This document shows, in pieces, positions 51,276 through 62,567 of a DNA stretch of 64,000 bases. Origin of the DNA: Eledone cirrhosa (lineage: Eukaryota); the NCBI GenBank assembly GCA_964016885.1, contig OZ024740.1, positions 18,972,001-19,036,000 on the forward strand. The letters are read 5' to 3'. The translations under genes and the position numbers were made by a program. Numbering within the stretch: position 1 is the first letter of the stretch; the number at the start of each line of letters is the position of its first letter. Below the pieces are notes generated by a model that was given only the letters and a program-made list of their open reading frames with translations, ran no database searches and was not told the DNA's origin.

Positions 51276-52023
51276 ATTATTATATTTATATATGGTCGCG
51301 TGTGTGTGTGTGCGCGTGACCGTGTGTGTGTAATTATCAAGGTATGTATGTGCGCACATGTGTTTGTGTAGAATGTACTTTTGGTATGGAAAATACGTGC
51401 TTTGTTGGAAAAGTAACAGATTTTGATGTTTTCATCAGAAGTCAGTATTCTTGTGATTAGCTTCAGTGTTATATTTTGAGATTACAGTTAAGACTATTGC
51501 TAAGACTATATCTTCTCACAGCCTTCATCACGTAAAAAGCAGACACAATCTTTTGACATAGCAGCCTATTTTCTCCTCACCCTCTCTCTCTCTCTCTCTC
51601 TCCCTCTCTCTCCCTCTCTCTTTGTATTATATATATATCCCGTGAGAGAAAGGGAGAGAAAGATATAGTACGTTGCATAAGTGGTAACTACCTACAGCTG
51701 ATGCATATATCATTTCTATTAAGAACTGAACCGCTAATATATACGCACGCACACACATACACACACACACGCGCACATACAGACACACACATACAGAGAC
51801 ACACACACAGACACACACGCGCGCGCACAGATACACATACACATACACACACACGCACATACACGCACACGCACACATACACAGAGATACACACACACAC
51901 GCACACATACAGACACACACACACACACACACACAGATACACACACACGCACATACAGACACACACATACAGACACACACGCGCACATACAGACACACAC
52001 ACAGACACAAACACACACATATA

Positions 52024-52788
52024 TACCGTATATACTCGACTATATACTGGGCCAAAATATTTGGAATTGTCCGTGGAGCTCGTATAAAAGTCAACTGTAG
52101 TATATCACGGGTAACAGGTCAACATTTGTTGGCCCAGGTATTACCCTGTACGTAGAAATAACACTGTTACATCATCAATTTAAGGTAAATTTATATTATG
52201 CAAATACATGCCTGAAACTAAATATTTACCCAAACGTGTGCCAAAATTTTGATTGATATCCAAAAGCAAGTGTAAATATTCATGAGAGCTACGCGGCTTT
52301 GTTTAGGATTTTGTTGTTTACTAAGACGTGTGATTTGGTACATAGAATCAGTAATATTATTGTAATTCATTGTTAGGGCGGTGGATTGGCAGTATCGGTA
52401 GAGAGTCGGACACCATGCTTTGCAGCATAGAGTTACGGCCCTTTACGGTCTGAGTTCAAATCCCGCCGAGGTTAACTTTGCCTTTCATCCTTACGGGATC
52501 GATAAAATAAAGTGCCAGTCACGCACTGGAGTTGATTGAATCAACTTTCCCCTCCCCTAAAATTCCTGGCCTTGTGCCTATATAAGAAACCATTATTGTA
52601 ATTCATTGTGTTTTTGTTTTCGTTTAGAAATCTGTTGGGCTTCTGCTACTGATATGGTACTTTGGATTCTAGCTTGAATTTCAAGTAATAGTATCCTCAT
52701 AAGTTGTATCCTTGTAATAGTCGGACCCATAAATTTAACCTTAAAAAATCGTCTAAAAAATTCGGCTTTTACACGAGTATATACTGTA
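52024..52788. mobile_element. Non-autonomous DNA transposon (MITE) hosting a nested SINE
   Basis: Terminal inverted repeats TACCGTATATACTCG ... CGAGTATATACTGTA. Confidence 0.6.
52374..52591 (+). mobile_element. Full-length tRNA-derived SINE with 18-bp target-site duplication
   Basis: A box TGGCAGTATCGG, B box GAGTTCAAATCC, central CTTTCATCCTT..GATCGATAAAATAAAGT domain (Meta-like, from recall). TSD ATTATTGTAATTCATTGT at 52356-52373 and 52592-52609. Confidence 0.92.
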
Positions 52789-53031
52789 TATAATATTTTA
52801 TAACTCACTGGTGCAGCTTGTGGTCATATCTATATACAAATATGAACCATATTATATATATATTTGGTCCCTGCGGCTGGCTTACCGGTCGCTATCTTCA
52901 ATTTGCAAAGCTGTCTAAACGTAATGTTATTACTTTAAAGTAAAATACCTTATTGAGTGCTTAACTGCACATTCCGGTTGCATTCGTTAGCATAGCTGCA
53001 GCCAGAGCTTCGATTGTGCTGAACTTCCATT

Positions 53032-53092
<61 letters not shown>

Positions 53093-53098
<6 letters not shown>

Positions 53099-54462
53099 AA
53101 AAAGAGATGAAATCGAAAATGCAACTGGAGTCTTATTTTTTTAAAACAAATATATATTTATTTGGTTCCTTTACCGGTTTCGCAGTTCTTCTGCTTTACA
53201 AAAGGTGAGTTGAGATGGAGGGTCTGTGGTTTTTCTCACATCTGGTTGGTCTCTGAATGTTACTTGTTTTATATGGAAAAAGTGGCTCGAAATGCCAGGT
53301 TTTTCGAGAAGTAATTTGATTGGTTTGTCAATAATTATAATAAATTTCGCGCCAGTTCGCGTTACAATAGTTCTTCAAATAGGGGGGGGGGGGGGGTTGT
53401 CACAGGTTATTTTTTCATATATGAGTGTTTGAATTTCTTTTTACTTGAAAAAAGGGGCTCACGAAGGCTTTTTTTTGGTTGGTTATAAATGAAATTATGG
53501 CTGTCACGTGAACAAGTTTTCATTAAATTTTCGTGTCCTTATTTGGAAATCCATTCTGTAGCCTTTTTAGAGGATTTTGTGATAAGTGAAAGATAATGGT
53601 CAAGAGAAAGGGATGGGAGAATTGTTCTGGTTCAGTGAATATGGTTAGTTCGCTGGGGTGTCAGAATTCAGATTTTTTATTGAATAAAAAAAGTAAAGAT
53701 ATGTGTGTTTATTTGTGTGCTTGTGTGTGTGTGCGTGTGTGTTGTGTGTGTGTTGTGTGTGTGTTGTGTGTGTGTGTTTGAATTTCTTTACTTAAAAAAA
53801 AGGTGGCTCACGAAGGCTTTTTTTTAATAAACGTGATTTGATTGGTTATAAATGAAATTTGGCTGTCACGTGAACAAGTTTTCATTACATTTTTGCGCCC
53901 TTATTTGGAAATCTATTCTGTAGCCTTTATAGAGAATGTTATGAGATTGGAAAGATAGTGGTCAAGAGAAATGGGATTGGGAGAATTGTTCTGGTTCAGT
54001 GAATATGGTTAGTTCGCTAAGTAAAAAGAAATTCAAACACTCATATATGAAAAACACTCATATATGAAAAACACTCATATATGAAAAAGCAACCTGTGAC
54101 ACCCCCCCCCCCTCTTATTTGAAGAACTATTGTAACGCGAACTGGCGCGAAATTTATTATAATTATTGACAAACCAATCAAATTACTTCTCGAAAAACCT
54201 GGCATTTCGAGCCACTTTTTCCATATAAAACAAGTAACATTCAGAGACCAACCAGATGTGAGAAAAACCACAGACCCTCCATCTCAACTCACCTTTTGAA
54301 AAGCAGAAGAACTGCAAAACCGGTAAAGGAACCAAATAAATATATATATATATTTTTTTAAATAAGACTCCAGTTGCATTTTCGATTTCATCTCTTTTTC
54401 TTTATACTTTCACTCGTGTAGGACACCGGTTATTTTTCATTTTGTAAATAAAACCTCACTTC

Positions 54463-54466
<4 letters not shown>
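53093..54466. mobile_element. Non-coding Penelope-derived element: ~355-bp inverted arms (53093-53447 and 54020-54405), each with a hammerhead variant; (TA)n on both sides
   Basis: The same peptide appears on opposite strands in the ORF track (53226+ and 54271-). The spacer holds a ~230-bp direct repeat. The right arm extends about 60 nt further. Confidence 0.85.
54292..54329 (+). ncRNA. Minimal hammerhead with U3-A8 core variant; mirror copy at 53168-53205 on the minus strand
   Basis: Consensus of both arms: CCTT TTGAAAA GCAG-AAGAA-CTGC GAA ACCGGT A AAGG. Each arm carries one different core mutation. Confidence 0.7.
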
Positions 54467-54516
<50 letters not shown>

Positions 54517-54518
<2 letters not shown>

Positions 54519-54676
54519 GTAGAAAGGCTTCTACGGGACTAGAACTGTTTCATTCGGGAGAAATCATCAGGCTTCCTGATGATTTCTCCCCAATGAAACA
54601 GTTCTAGTCCTGTAGAAGTTTTTCTATATTAAATATTTATACTCTGCTTTGTATTGAGTACCTTACTTACTATGGG
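54517..54676 (+). mobile_element. (TA)n-anchored palindromic mini-element (family B) with hammerhead-like sequence
   Basis: Inverted arms of about 50 bp around ATCATCAGG-CTT-CCTGATGAT. Right arm reads CTGATGA..GAAAC AGTTCTA GTC CTGTAGAAG. Confidence 0.75.
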
Positions 54677-54893
54677 TAATAATAATAATAATAATGAAAT
54701 GTGTACAGTGCTCAGGTGCACTACAACTCATCAAAGGTGCATGTATAGTACATAGAATAATGTACAAATGTCAGGAAAATGAACAGTGTATGAGTCATGA
54801 TATAATAATAATAACAATAATGAAATATTGTGTACAGTGCCCAGGTGCACCACAAACTTATACACACACACACACACACACACACAGACACAG

Positions 54894-54944
<51 letters not shown>

Positions 54945-55161
54945 GGAAAATGTATGGCCCCGACGGCAGAGCTCAAGCCCTTTCGACGGCTATTTCTGGC
55001 CTTTCGACGGCTATTTCTGAAATAGACCAGAAATAGCCGTCGAAACGGCTTCAGCTCTGCCGTCGGGGTCATACATTTTCCTATTACCCACTCTACTACC
55101 ATAAGTATTGAGTACACTTGTGCGTTATGGTCCATCTGGTTCCTTACCACAACTCCTTCGT
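54945..55161 (+). mobile_element. (TA)n-anchored palindromic mini-element (family A, copy 2)
   Basis: GGAAAATGTATGGCCCCGACGGC... mirrors ...GCCGTCGGGGTCATACATTTTCC, with a short duplication near the centre. Tail homologous to 57362-57438. Confidence 0.85.
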
Positions 55162-55353
55162 TATATATATATATATATATATATAAATACATAATCGGAG
55201 AAAGCTAATAGCGCTACTCCGGCCAAATTCCAACTCACTCCAAACATTAGGAAATACCTGAGTATATTCCCAAACGTTTGGGGTGCTAACTATATTGTAT
55301 TGTGTGGATAATTGACTGTATATTTCATATGAGATATATCAAATATATCATTT

Positions 55354-55476
55354 CCCAGACGACTCGTTTCATTATGAGATTTCTACAAGTTGGGTGAAAA
55401 TATACCAAGTTATGTAGAAGCTTGTATAAGATCAACAGATACTTATTCAAGTGGGCTCTTATAAATCTTCAGTGGG
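55354..55476 (-). ncRNA. Hammerhead motif with a 95-nt stem II region, inside a (TA)n-flanked element (about 55185-55517)
   Basis: Minus strand: CCCA CTGAAGA [TTTATAAGAG ... CTCATAAT] GAAAC GAGTC GTC TGGG. Stem I CCCA/TGGG, GUC triplet. Confidence 0.65.
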
Positions 55477-55514
55477 TAACCCAATAATATTAATATTGAT
55501 AACCAAATCACCAT

Positions 55515-55576
<62 letters not shown>

Positions 55577-55579
<3 letters not shown>

Positions 55580-56084
55580 AAATTAAGATAAATCAAATGA
55601 ATTTAATCTAAATCAAAATTATGGGTGTCATGCCAGAAAGACATGCGCCATATCACCCGCAAAATAAGCTCTAAGATTCTACCGAGTAGGTCCGAGCATT
55701 TTATAATAACTAGAGATTGATTAACATATTAACCCTATTCACGCCACTGGGACGAAGCTAGTATGATGTGTGTATTTCTAGTAAATACAACACGTGCTGG
55801 CCAGTTGCTGATTTGAACTTGTAGTGTAAACACGGATTGCTGGAAATTTCTCACTTGTTGAAAATCCAAATCTCCGCTTCTGTGATTTACCATCTGATTA
55901 ATTGGTGAAATATATTTCTTTAATGGAATATATACAGGGAAGATTAATCATATTATAAGGTATCTATTTTTGAAGTTCTGGTCAACTTTATTTAGTTACC
56001 TACCTAGCTATGTGTGGTTACACACTTTTAAAAATTATCTCCTGTGATTATTCATGTTTATTTATATGTTAATCAATCTCTAGT

Positions 56085-56091
<7 letters not shown>
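55577..56091 (+). mobile_element. (TA)n-flanked element with ~27-bp inverted repeat and a decayed hammerhead
   Basis: TATAATAACTAGAGATTGATTAACATA (~55702-55728) is inverted at about 56065-56091. 55869-55945 has ACCA/TGGT GAA plus a 9-bp stem III ATATATTTC/GGAATATAT, but a damaged CUGA core. Confidence 0.55.
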
Positions 56092-56156
<65 letters not shown>

Positions 56157-56159
<3 letters not shown>

Positions 56160-56552
56160 AAAGAATAGAGGTGTAACACACAAGTTATGATATATTGGTA
56201 AACGGAAAAGAAAATGCTGACAAATTGTTCACAGTGAAAAATAGTTTAATTAGGAATAAGTGAGAATTAGTAATAGTATTGGTTAGTATTCAGTTTTGGT
56301 TTTAAGTTTTACCGGTTGCGCATTTCTAATGCTTTTCAAAAATAATTTTGAGATAGAGCGTCCGTGATGTTTGCTCTAATCTGATTAGTTTTGGGAATTC
56401 TACCTGTTTTTATGTTAAAAAAGTGGCTCCTGCGGTATTAAAATAAGTTTTGCGCTGAAAAATAGCTGAAAAATATCTTTTAACATGTTAAAATATCCCC
56501 CACACACTTACAGACATTCCTACTGTCCATCCCTCTACCACGAATTACTCTG

Positions 56553-56640
<88 letters not shown>

Positions 56641-57180
56641 ACACACACACACACACACTTGTCTGAATAGGCATTTGAACTGTCAACAGGCCGCGGTTCG
56701 CACACACATCCCTGCTGACCATTATCACAACAACGAACCTCTTTACTACTACTACACACACACACAGACACACACATATTTGTTTTGAAAGACATTTCTC
56801 AGTGACTTCTCAATCAGCCGACACAAACCTACATTTGGCGCAAAATCAATTTTTAACATTCACATGACCTCTACCGACCAATCAAAATTGTTTTGACCAC
56901 AAGAATTTTTGCAACACGAAATAGCGCAAAACTTATTTTAATACCGCAGGAGCCACTTTTTTAACATAAAAACAGGTAGAATTCCCAAAACTAATCAGAT
57001 TAGAGCAAACATCACGGACGCTCTATCTCAAAATTATTTTTGAAAAGCATTAGAAATGCGCAACCGGTAAAACTTAAAACCAAAACTGAATACTAACCAA
57101 TACTATTACTAATTCTCACTTATTCCTAATTAAACTATTTTTCACTGTGAACAATTTGTCAGCATTTACTTTTCCGTTTA

Positions 57181-57188
<8 letters not shown>
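56157..57188. mobile_element. Non-coding Penelope-derived element: ~265-bp inverted arms (56190-56455 and 56924-57188) around a (CA)n-containing spacer; (TA)n on both sides
   Basis: Arms are near-perfect reverse complements. Each has TTT TTGAAAA GCAT-TAGAA-ATGC GCA ACCGGT A AAA (57037-57072 plus, 56307-56343 minus). Confidence 0.85.
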
Positions 57189-57243
<55 letters not shown>

Positions 57244-57248
<5 letters not shown>

Positions 57249-57437
57249 AACCAGTAAGACCCCGACAGCTGAGCTCAAGCCGTTTCGACGGCTAATTCTG
57301 GGTCCAGAATTAGCCGTCGAAACGGCTTGAGCTCAGCTGTCGGGGTCTTACTGGTTCCTATTACCCACTCTACTACCTCAAGTATTGAGTACTTTGGTGC
57401 GTTATGGTCCACCTGGTTCCTTACCACATTTCCTTCG

Positions 57438-57438
<1 letters not shown>
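57244..57438 (+). mobile_element. (TA)n-anchored palindromic mini-element (family A, copy 3): perfect 58-bp arms, 2-nt loop
   Basis: 57244-57301 is the exact reverse complement of 57304-57361, followed by about 77 nt of unique tail into (TA)n. Confidence 0.92.
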
Positions 57439-57509
<71 letters not shown>

Positions 57510-57979
57510 GTGTGTGTGTAGCTAAGCTTCGAAAATTATGGATAATCGGGGCGGAAGCTCCAGCCTGCACTGGATGCGGTGACTTGATTTTCGAGGTGGA
57601 GTGGAAATGCTACTTAATCCAGGGGCTATTCGTATACATCCCATTAGTACTGCAACTCTGGCAATACTATAATCCGTTGAATTGGAACATGCAATCGTAG
57701 AATATATTAGAGGCAACAAAGAATGCTTCATGTTTACTGGGTAACGATTGTTTCAGTAACATTCTTGCTCGCAGCTTTTGTATCATGCATGTGTTTATAC
57801 ACAAGGAATAGCATGGCTAAGTTTAACTAGACTCAACGGATTATATCACATTTTCAAACTGATAAACAGCGAGATATTCAGAATCAATTTGTCCCACTAG
57901 ACAATGATATTACTATTATGCATTTAATTATGCAATGATATTACTTAAATGCATTTAAATCTTTCTGAGATTAGCTATA

Positions 57980-58083
57980 CCTTTTATCTTGACGGGAATC
58001 GATAAAATAAAGCACCAGTAATACACAGGAGTCGATGTAATCGACTTTTCCCTCCCCCTAAAATTGTTGGCCTAGAAACCATT
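57980..58083 (+). mobile_element. SINE 3' fragment
   Basis: ATCGATAAAATAAAGCACCAG..AATCGACTTTTCCCTCCCCCTAAAATT..AGAAACCATTAT matches 52498-52596. Confidence 0.7.
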
Positions 58084-58532
58084 ATATATAGGTGTAGGTA
58101 TTACGTATAAGCATAAGAAGGATTTGGTAACATGAGACAAGATGAATGGGTTACTCTAATAATTACATGTTTTGGAGCTATCTTATAAAGATAAATACGT
58201 AACTATGCAAGTGCGCTCGTGCATACATGTCTGGTATCAGTAGCGTCCATGTATATATAAATACAAGATTAGTTACAATGTTACTAAGTGGTATAAGAAT
58301 TGTAGCAACTTCTATATTTATAAGATTCTTAGTACATTAACTGGAGATTTAAAGAATGTTCGTTGGTATTTGTGAGCACAGCCGTTTGATATTTCACTGG
58401 GTGTATCGATTAAACCTGCCTTGTGTATCATTATCTCTAGAACTTCCATTGAACATAGATTACTTTCTACCTCATCACCCATCTAGAAGGTATTTGCTAT
58501 TCGAAATATAGAGCAACATAACGCACATGCAA

Positions 58533-58643
58533 TGGTTTTCAAGTAATAGGCTGGGGCTGGAATAAGTGGGGGAGGGAGGAATCGATAATTTCTCTAGGTT
58601 TTCTAAGTAATAGGCGGGGGTTGGAATAAGTGGGGGAGAGAGG
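58533..58643. repeat. Two-copy tandem duplication of about 64 bp
   Basis: AAGTAATAGGC..GGAATAAGTGGGGGAG.GAGGAATCGATAATTTCTCTAGGTT occurs twice. Confidence 0.75.
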
Positions 58644-59477
58644 AATCGATAATTTCTCTAGGTTCGCTCGCTAGATTTTTTTTAAAACGTGAATCAGTTT
58701 TTTAGTTTACATATTGAGACCCCAACCCATCCTATGTATGGGATTCCTATTAATGTACTTTTTTGTCATGTATAATGTTTTTAATGTCCAAAGAAATTAA
58801 ATTATCGCAGGAATGTTTCCACTTAAAATAAAATGTCACCGATTAGCTTTATTAAGCGGGGGAGGGGTAATTATTCGAGACGCGAGAGTATTTTATAAAG
58901 GACTGGACAAGATTGTATAACCTTCTCTTAAAGGTGGGTGACCCCTTATGTAATAGAACATTTCATATGTTGATATTATGTATTTATATACCACATTATA
59001 CTCTCCTGACCCCAGCTCTCACCTTAGAAATAATAGAAGTGGTCCTAGAAAGATCCTGTTGTTCGCACGCTCTAGGTGTAAAATCTAACGTAGGTAAAAT
59101 ATATAGAAATATCTTTAGTAGGGAATCGGTAAAAATCGGCTATTGTTGACAAACGTTTAATCTGATATTACGAGCAAAGCCCTGAGCTCTACAACACCTG
59201 GTTGCGCATGTGGAAGACTGGAAGCATTCCCTCTGTCGTAACAAATATGTCTTGGATATTTTTCACTTGTAGTATTCTTGTTTGATTGTGTAGCTGGCCT
59301 GAGCCATATAGTGTATACTTTGTAGTTTATTGTGGCCTGTTGTGAAGAGATTACTGATCTGGTAGGATTGACATAATCTATTGTTTAAACACCATTGTTT
59401 CTTTGAGATGGCCAAATATTTTATCTCTGAATGATTTAAGTTTATTTGGGCATAGTTTTGTTTCCTTTGTAATTTAG

Positions 59478-60020
59478 GCAGTGGTAATATGGTGAGATAT
59501 CAGTGGTAGGACAATGGCAATAGTAGTAGGAGAGGGGGAAATAGTGGTAATGGAAAGACAGTGGTAAGACAGGGGTAATGTAGTGGTAAGACAGGGGTAA
59601 GGTAGTGGTAAGACAGGGCTAAGGTAGTGGTAAGACAGTGCTAAGACAGGGGTAAGGTAGTGGTAAGACAGTGGTAAGGTAGTGGTTGAAACCATTGCTA
59701 CACGTAAGGTAGTGGTAATATGATAATAAATCATTTGTTAAACAGTGGTCGGGGAAGTATAATATCACAGTGATAAAGAAGTGGTAACACAGTGGTAACA
59801 CCTTGGTAAAACGTGGTATCTCAATGGTGAAGTAGTGGTAAAAGGGTGGAAAAACTGTGTTAACACATTGGTTAAAAATAGCAACACAGTGGTAACACGT
59901 TGACAAAGAGGTGGTAACACGATGGTGCACCACTGGTAAAAGAGGAATAATAGAGTGGTAAAACAGTGGTAAAGTAATGGTGAGAGTAGTAGCAGGGTAG
60001 TAAGACAGTGGTGACAGTAG
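59478..60020. repeat. Degenerate AGTGGTAA-motif repeat region
   Basis: Recurring (C/T)AGTGGTAA(GACAG) units of variable length. Confidence 0.7.
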
Positions 60021-60024
60021 TAGC

Positions 60025-61165
60025 ACCATAGTACAGTAGTAGCCCCATAGTACAGTCACCATAATGCAGTAATAGCACCATAGTACAGCCACCATAGTAC
60101 AGCCACCATAATACAGTCACCATAGTACAGTCACCATAGTACAGTCACCATAGTACAGACACCATAGTACAGTCACCATAGTACAGCCACCATAGTACAG
60201 TCACCATAGTACAGCCACCATAGTACAGTCACCATAGTACAGCCACCATAGTACAGTCACCATAGTACAGACACCATAGTACAGTCACCATAGTACAGAC
60301 ACCATAGTACAGTCACCATAGTACAGACACCATAGTACAGTCACCATAGTACAGCCACCATAATACAGTCACCATAGTACAGTCACCATAGTACAGTCAC
60401 CATAGTACAGATACCATAGTACAGTCACCATAGTACAGACACCATAGTACAGTCACCATAGTACAGCCACCATAGTACAGTCACCATAGTACAGCCACCA
60501 TAGTACAGTCACTATAGTACAGTCACCAAAGTACAGTCACCATAGTACAGTCACCATAGTACAATCACCATAGTACAGTCACCATAGTACAGTCACCATA
60601 GTACAGCCACCATAGTACAGTCACCATAGTACAGTCACCATAGTACAGTCACCATAGTACAGTCACCATAGTACAGCCACCATAGTACAGTCACCATAGT
60701 ACAGTAGTAGCACCACAGTACAGCCACCATAGTACAGTCACCATAGTACAGTCACCACAGTACAGCCACCATAGTACAGTCACCATAGTACAGCCACCAT
60801 AGTACAGTCACCATAGTACAGTCACCATAGTACAGTCACCATAGTACAGTCACCATAGTACAGTCACCATAGTACAGTCACTATAGTACAATAGTAGCAC
60901 CATAGTACAGCCACCAAAGTACAGTCACCATAGTACAGTCACCATAGTACAGTCACCATAGTACGACCACCATAGTACAGTCACCATAGTACAGTCACCA
61001 TAGTACAGTAGTAGCACCACAGTACAGCCACCATAGTACAGTCACCATAGTACAGTCACCATAGTACAGTCACCATAGTACAGTCACCATAGTACAGCCA
61101 CCATAGTACAGTCACCATAGTACAGTCACCATAGTACAGTCACCATAGTACAGTCACCATAGTAC
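60025..61165. repeat. 14-bp minisatellite (CACCATAGTACAGT)n, about 80 units
   Basis: Direct reading. Last base varies T/C/A, with occasional AGTAG inserts. Confidence 0.97.
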
Positions 61166-61559
61166 GGTAGTGGTGACAATGAAAGATCTGTAATGAAGAA
61201 GTTATAGATTTGTTGTGAAATATGTCTGGTAAAATGTGGGTTACTTGAGTAGACTGGCTACATTATTGCTAATTAGACTGTGGACAGGTGAACCAGGGCT
61301 GATTGGAACTGTTTAATCAGTAGTCTAGCAATGAACTGTTTATTTACCTTGTAACCATGACAATATTGATTAAAGTATATCAACCATAATTAATGATGAT
61401 AATTAGAAGCAAGGTCAAATACAGGAAGTAATTGGAACTATGTATGTATGTGTGTGTATGTGTGTGTGTATGTATGTGTGCGTGTTTGTGTGTATGTATG
61501 CATATACGTATGTATGTATGTACGTATGTGTGTATGTGTGTTTGTATGTATGTATGTAT

Positions 61560-62038
61560 CCGGCAGAGATGACTCCTTAGCCTTTGTCAAGGCAGAATTC
61601 TAGGAGAAGGAAAACTCTGATATAACACCTGCAACTCTGATGGTATCCAATGATGTTGACTTGTTCTTCTTTTTGGTAAATATCATCTTGGTTAAGAGAG
61701 TGGGACTGGCTTTGTGCAGTGCCTTTGCTCACTATAAAAGCTTCACGTCACAGGCATTGCTTTATATCTGGAGATCTCTCTACACTTGTCGTCACATGGT
61801 ACCATGGGCCCAACACTATGTGTCAATAATTGTCACAAGTGTAGTGTTTGTACCAGAGTTTTCAAGTCGCTGGCTGGACTGAAAGTCACACTCGTTCAGC
61901 ACATCGGTAGGGGTTCTGCTACATATAAAGTAGTGGCCGTACTCGAAAACGCGTTGGCAGCCACCATGTATGCATGCATGTATGCGTGCATGCTTTTAAG
62001 CATTATGTATGCATGAATGCATGCATAAATTCGTGCAT
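61560..62038 (+). mobile_element. 5'-truncated copy of the RTE-derived retroposon plus ~70 bp of shared 3' flank
   Basis: Matches about 47686-48167, including the post-tail GCGTGCATGCTTTTAAGCATTATG..AAATTCGTGCATA. Preceded by TGTA repeats. Confidence 0.88.
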
Positions 62039-62084
62039 ACATGCATGCATGTATGCATGTATGTATATGTATATATATATTTCT

Positions 62085-62400
62085 TTTTCACCTGGGAGTG
62101 AAAGGCCTCCAGTTGTCACAACACCTTTCTAAGAGAAGGAAACTGAAAAAACCCCGCGGCTTCAGAAACATCCGATGATGTTGATCAGTTCTCCTTTTCG
62201 GGTAGCATTTTCGATGCTCAGAGAGTGGGATTGGTCGAGTGCAAGGCCTTTCCCCACTTAAAAAACCTTCAAAGCACAGGCATTGCTTGTTCAGGATATG
62301 TTACAGGTTTGTGTGGCTGGCCGAAGCCTAAAAGTGTATCATTTTCTTAACCTGACAAGCGATTGCAGTACTCTTAGCAGAGTTTGCAGCCATCGTGTAT
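62085..62400 (+). mobile_element. Divergent sister family of short RTE-derived retroposon
   Basis: TCTAAGAGAAGGAAACTG and ATCCGATGATGTTGA parallel the 622-bp unit. 3' end GCAGTACTCTTAGCAGAGTTTGCAGCCATC + GTGTATA. Confidence 0.55.
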
Positions 62401-62567
62401 ATATGATGTATATATGTCTGCATATTTTTAAGCCTGTATGTGTGTGTGTGTGTGTGTGTGTGTGAGAGTGTGTGTGTGTGTGTGTGTGAGTGTGAGTGTG
62501 TGTGTGTGTGTGTGTGTTTGTGTGTGTACGCAGTCGTATAATTACCATCGTGATGTGCAGCATATTA

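Noticed and set aside
52374-52470. tRNA gene
   Set aside because: A and B boxes are present but there is no convincing cloverleaf. It continues into a SINE body, has a TSD, and has several dispersed copies.
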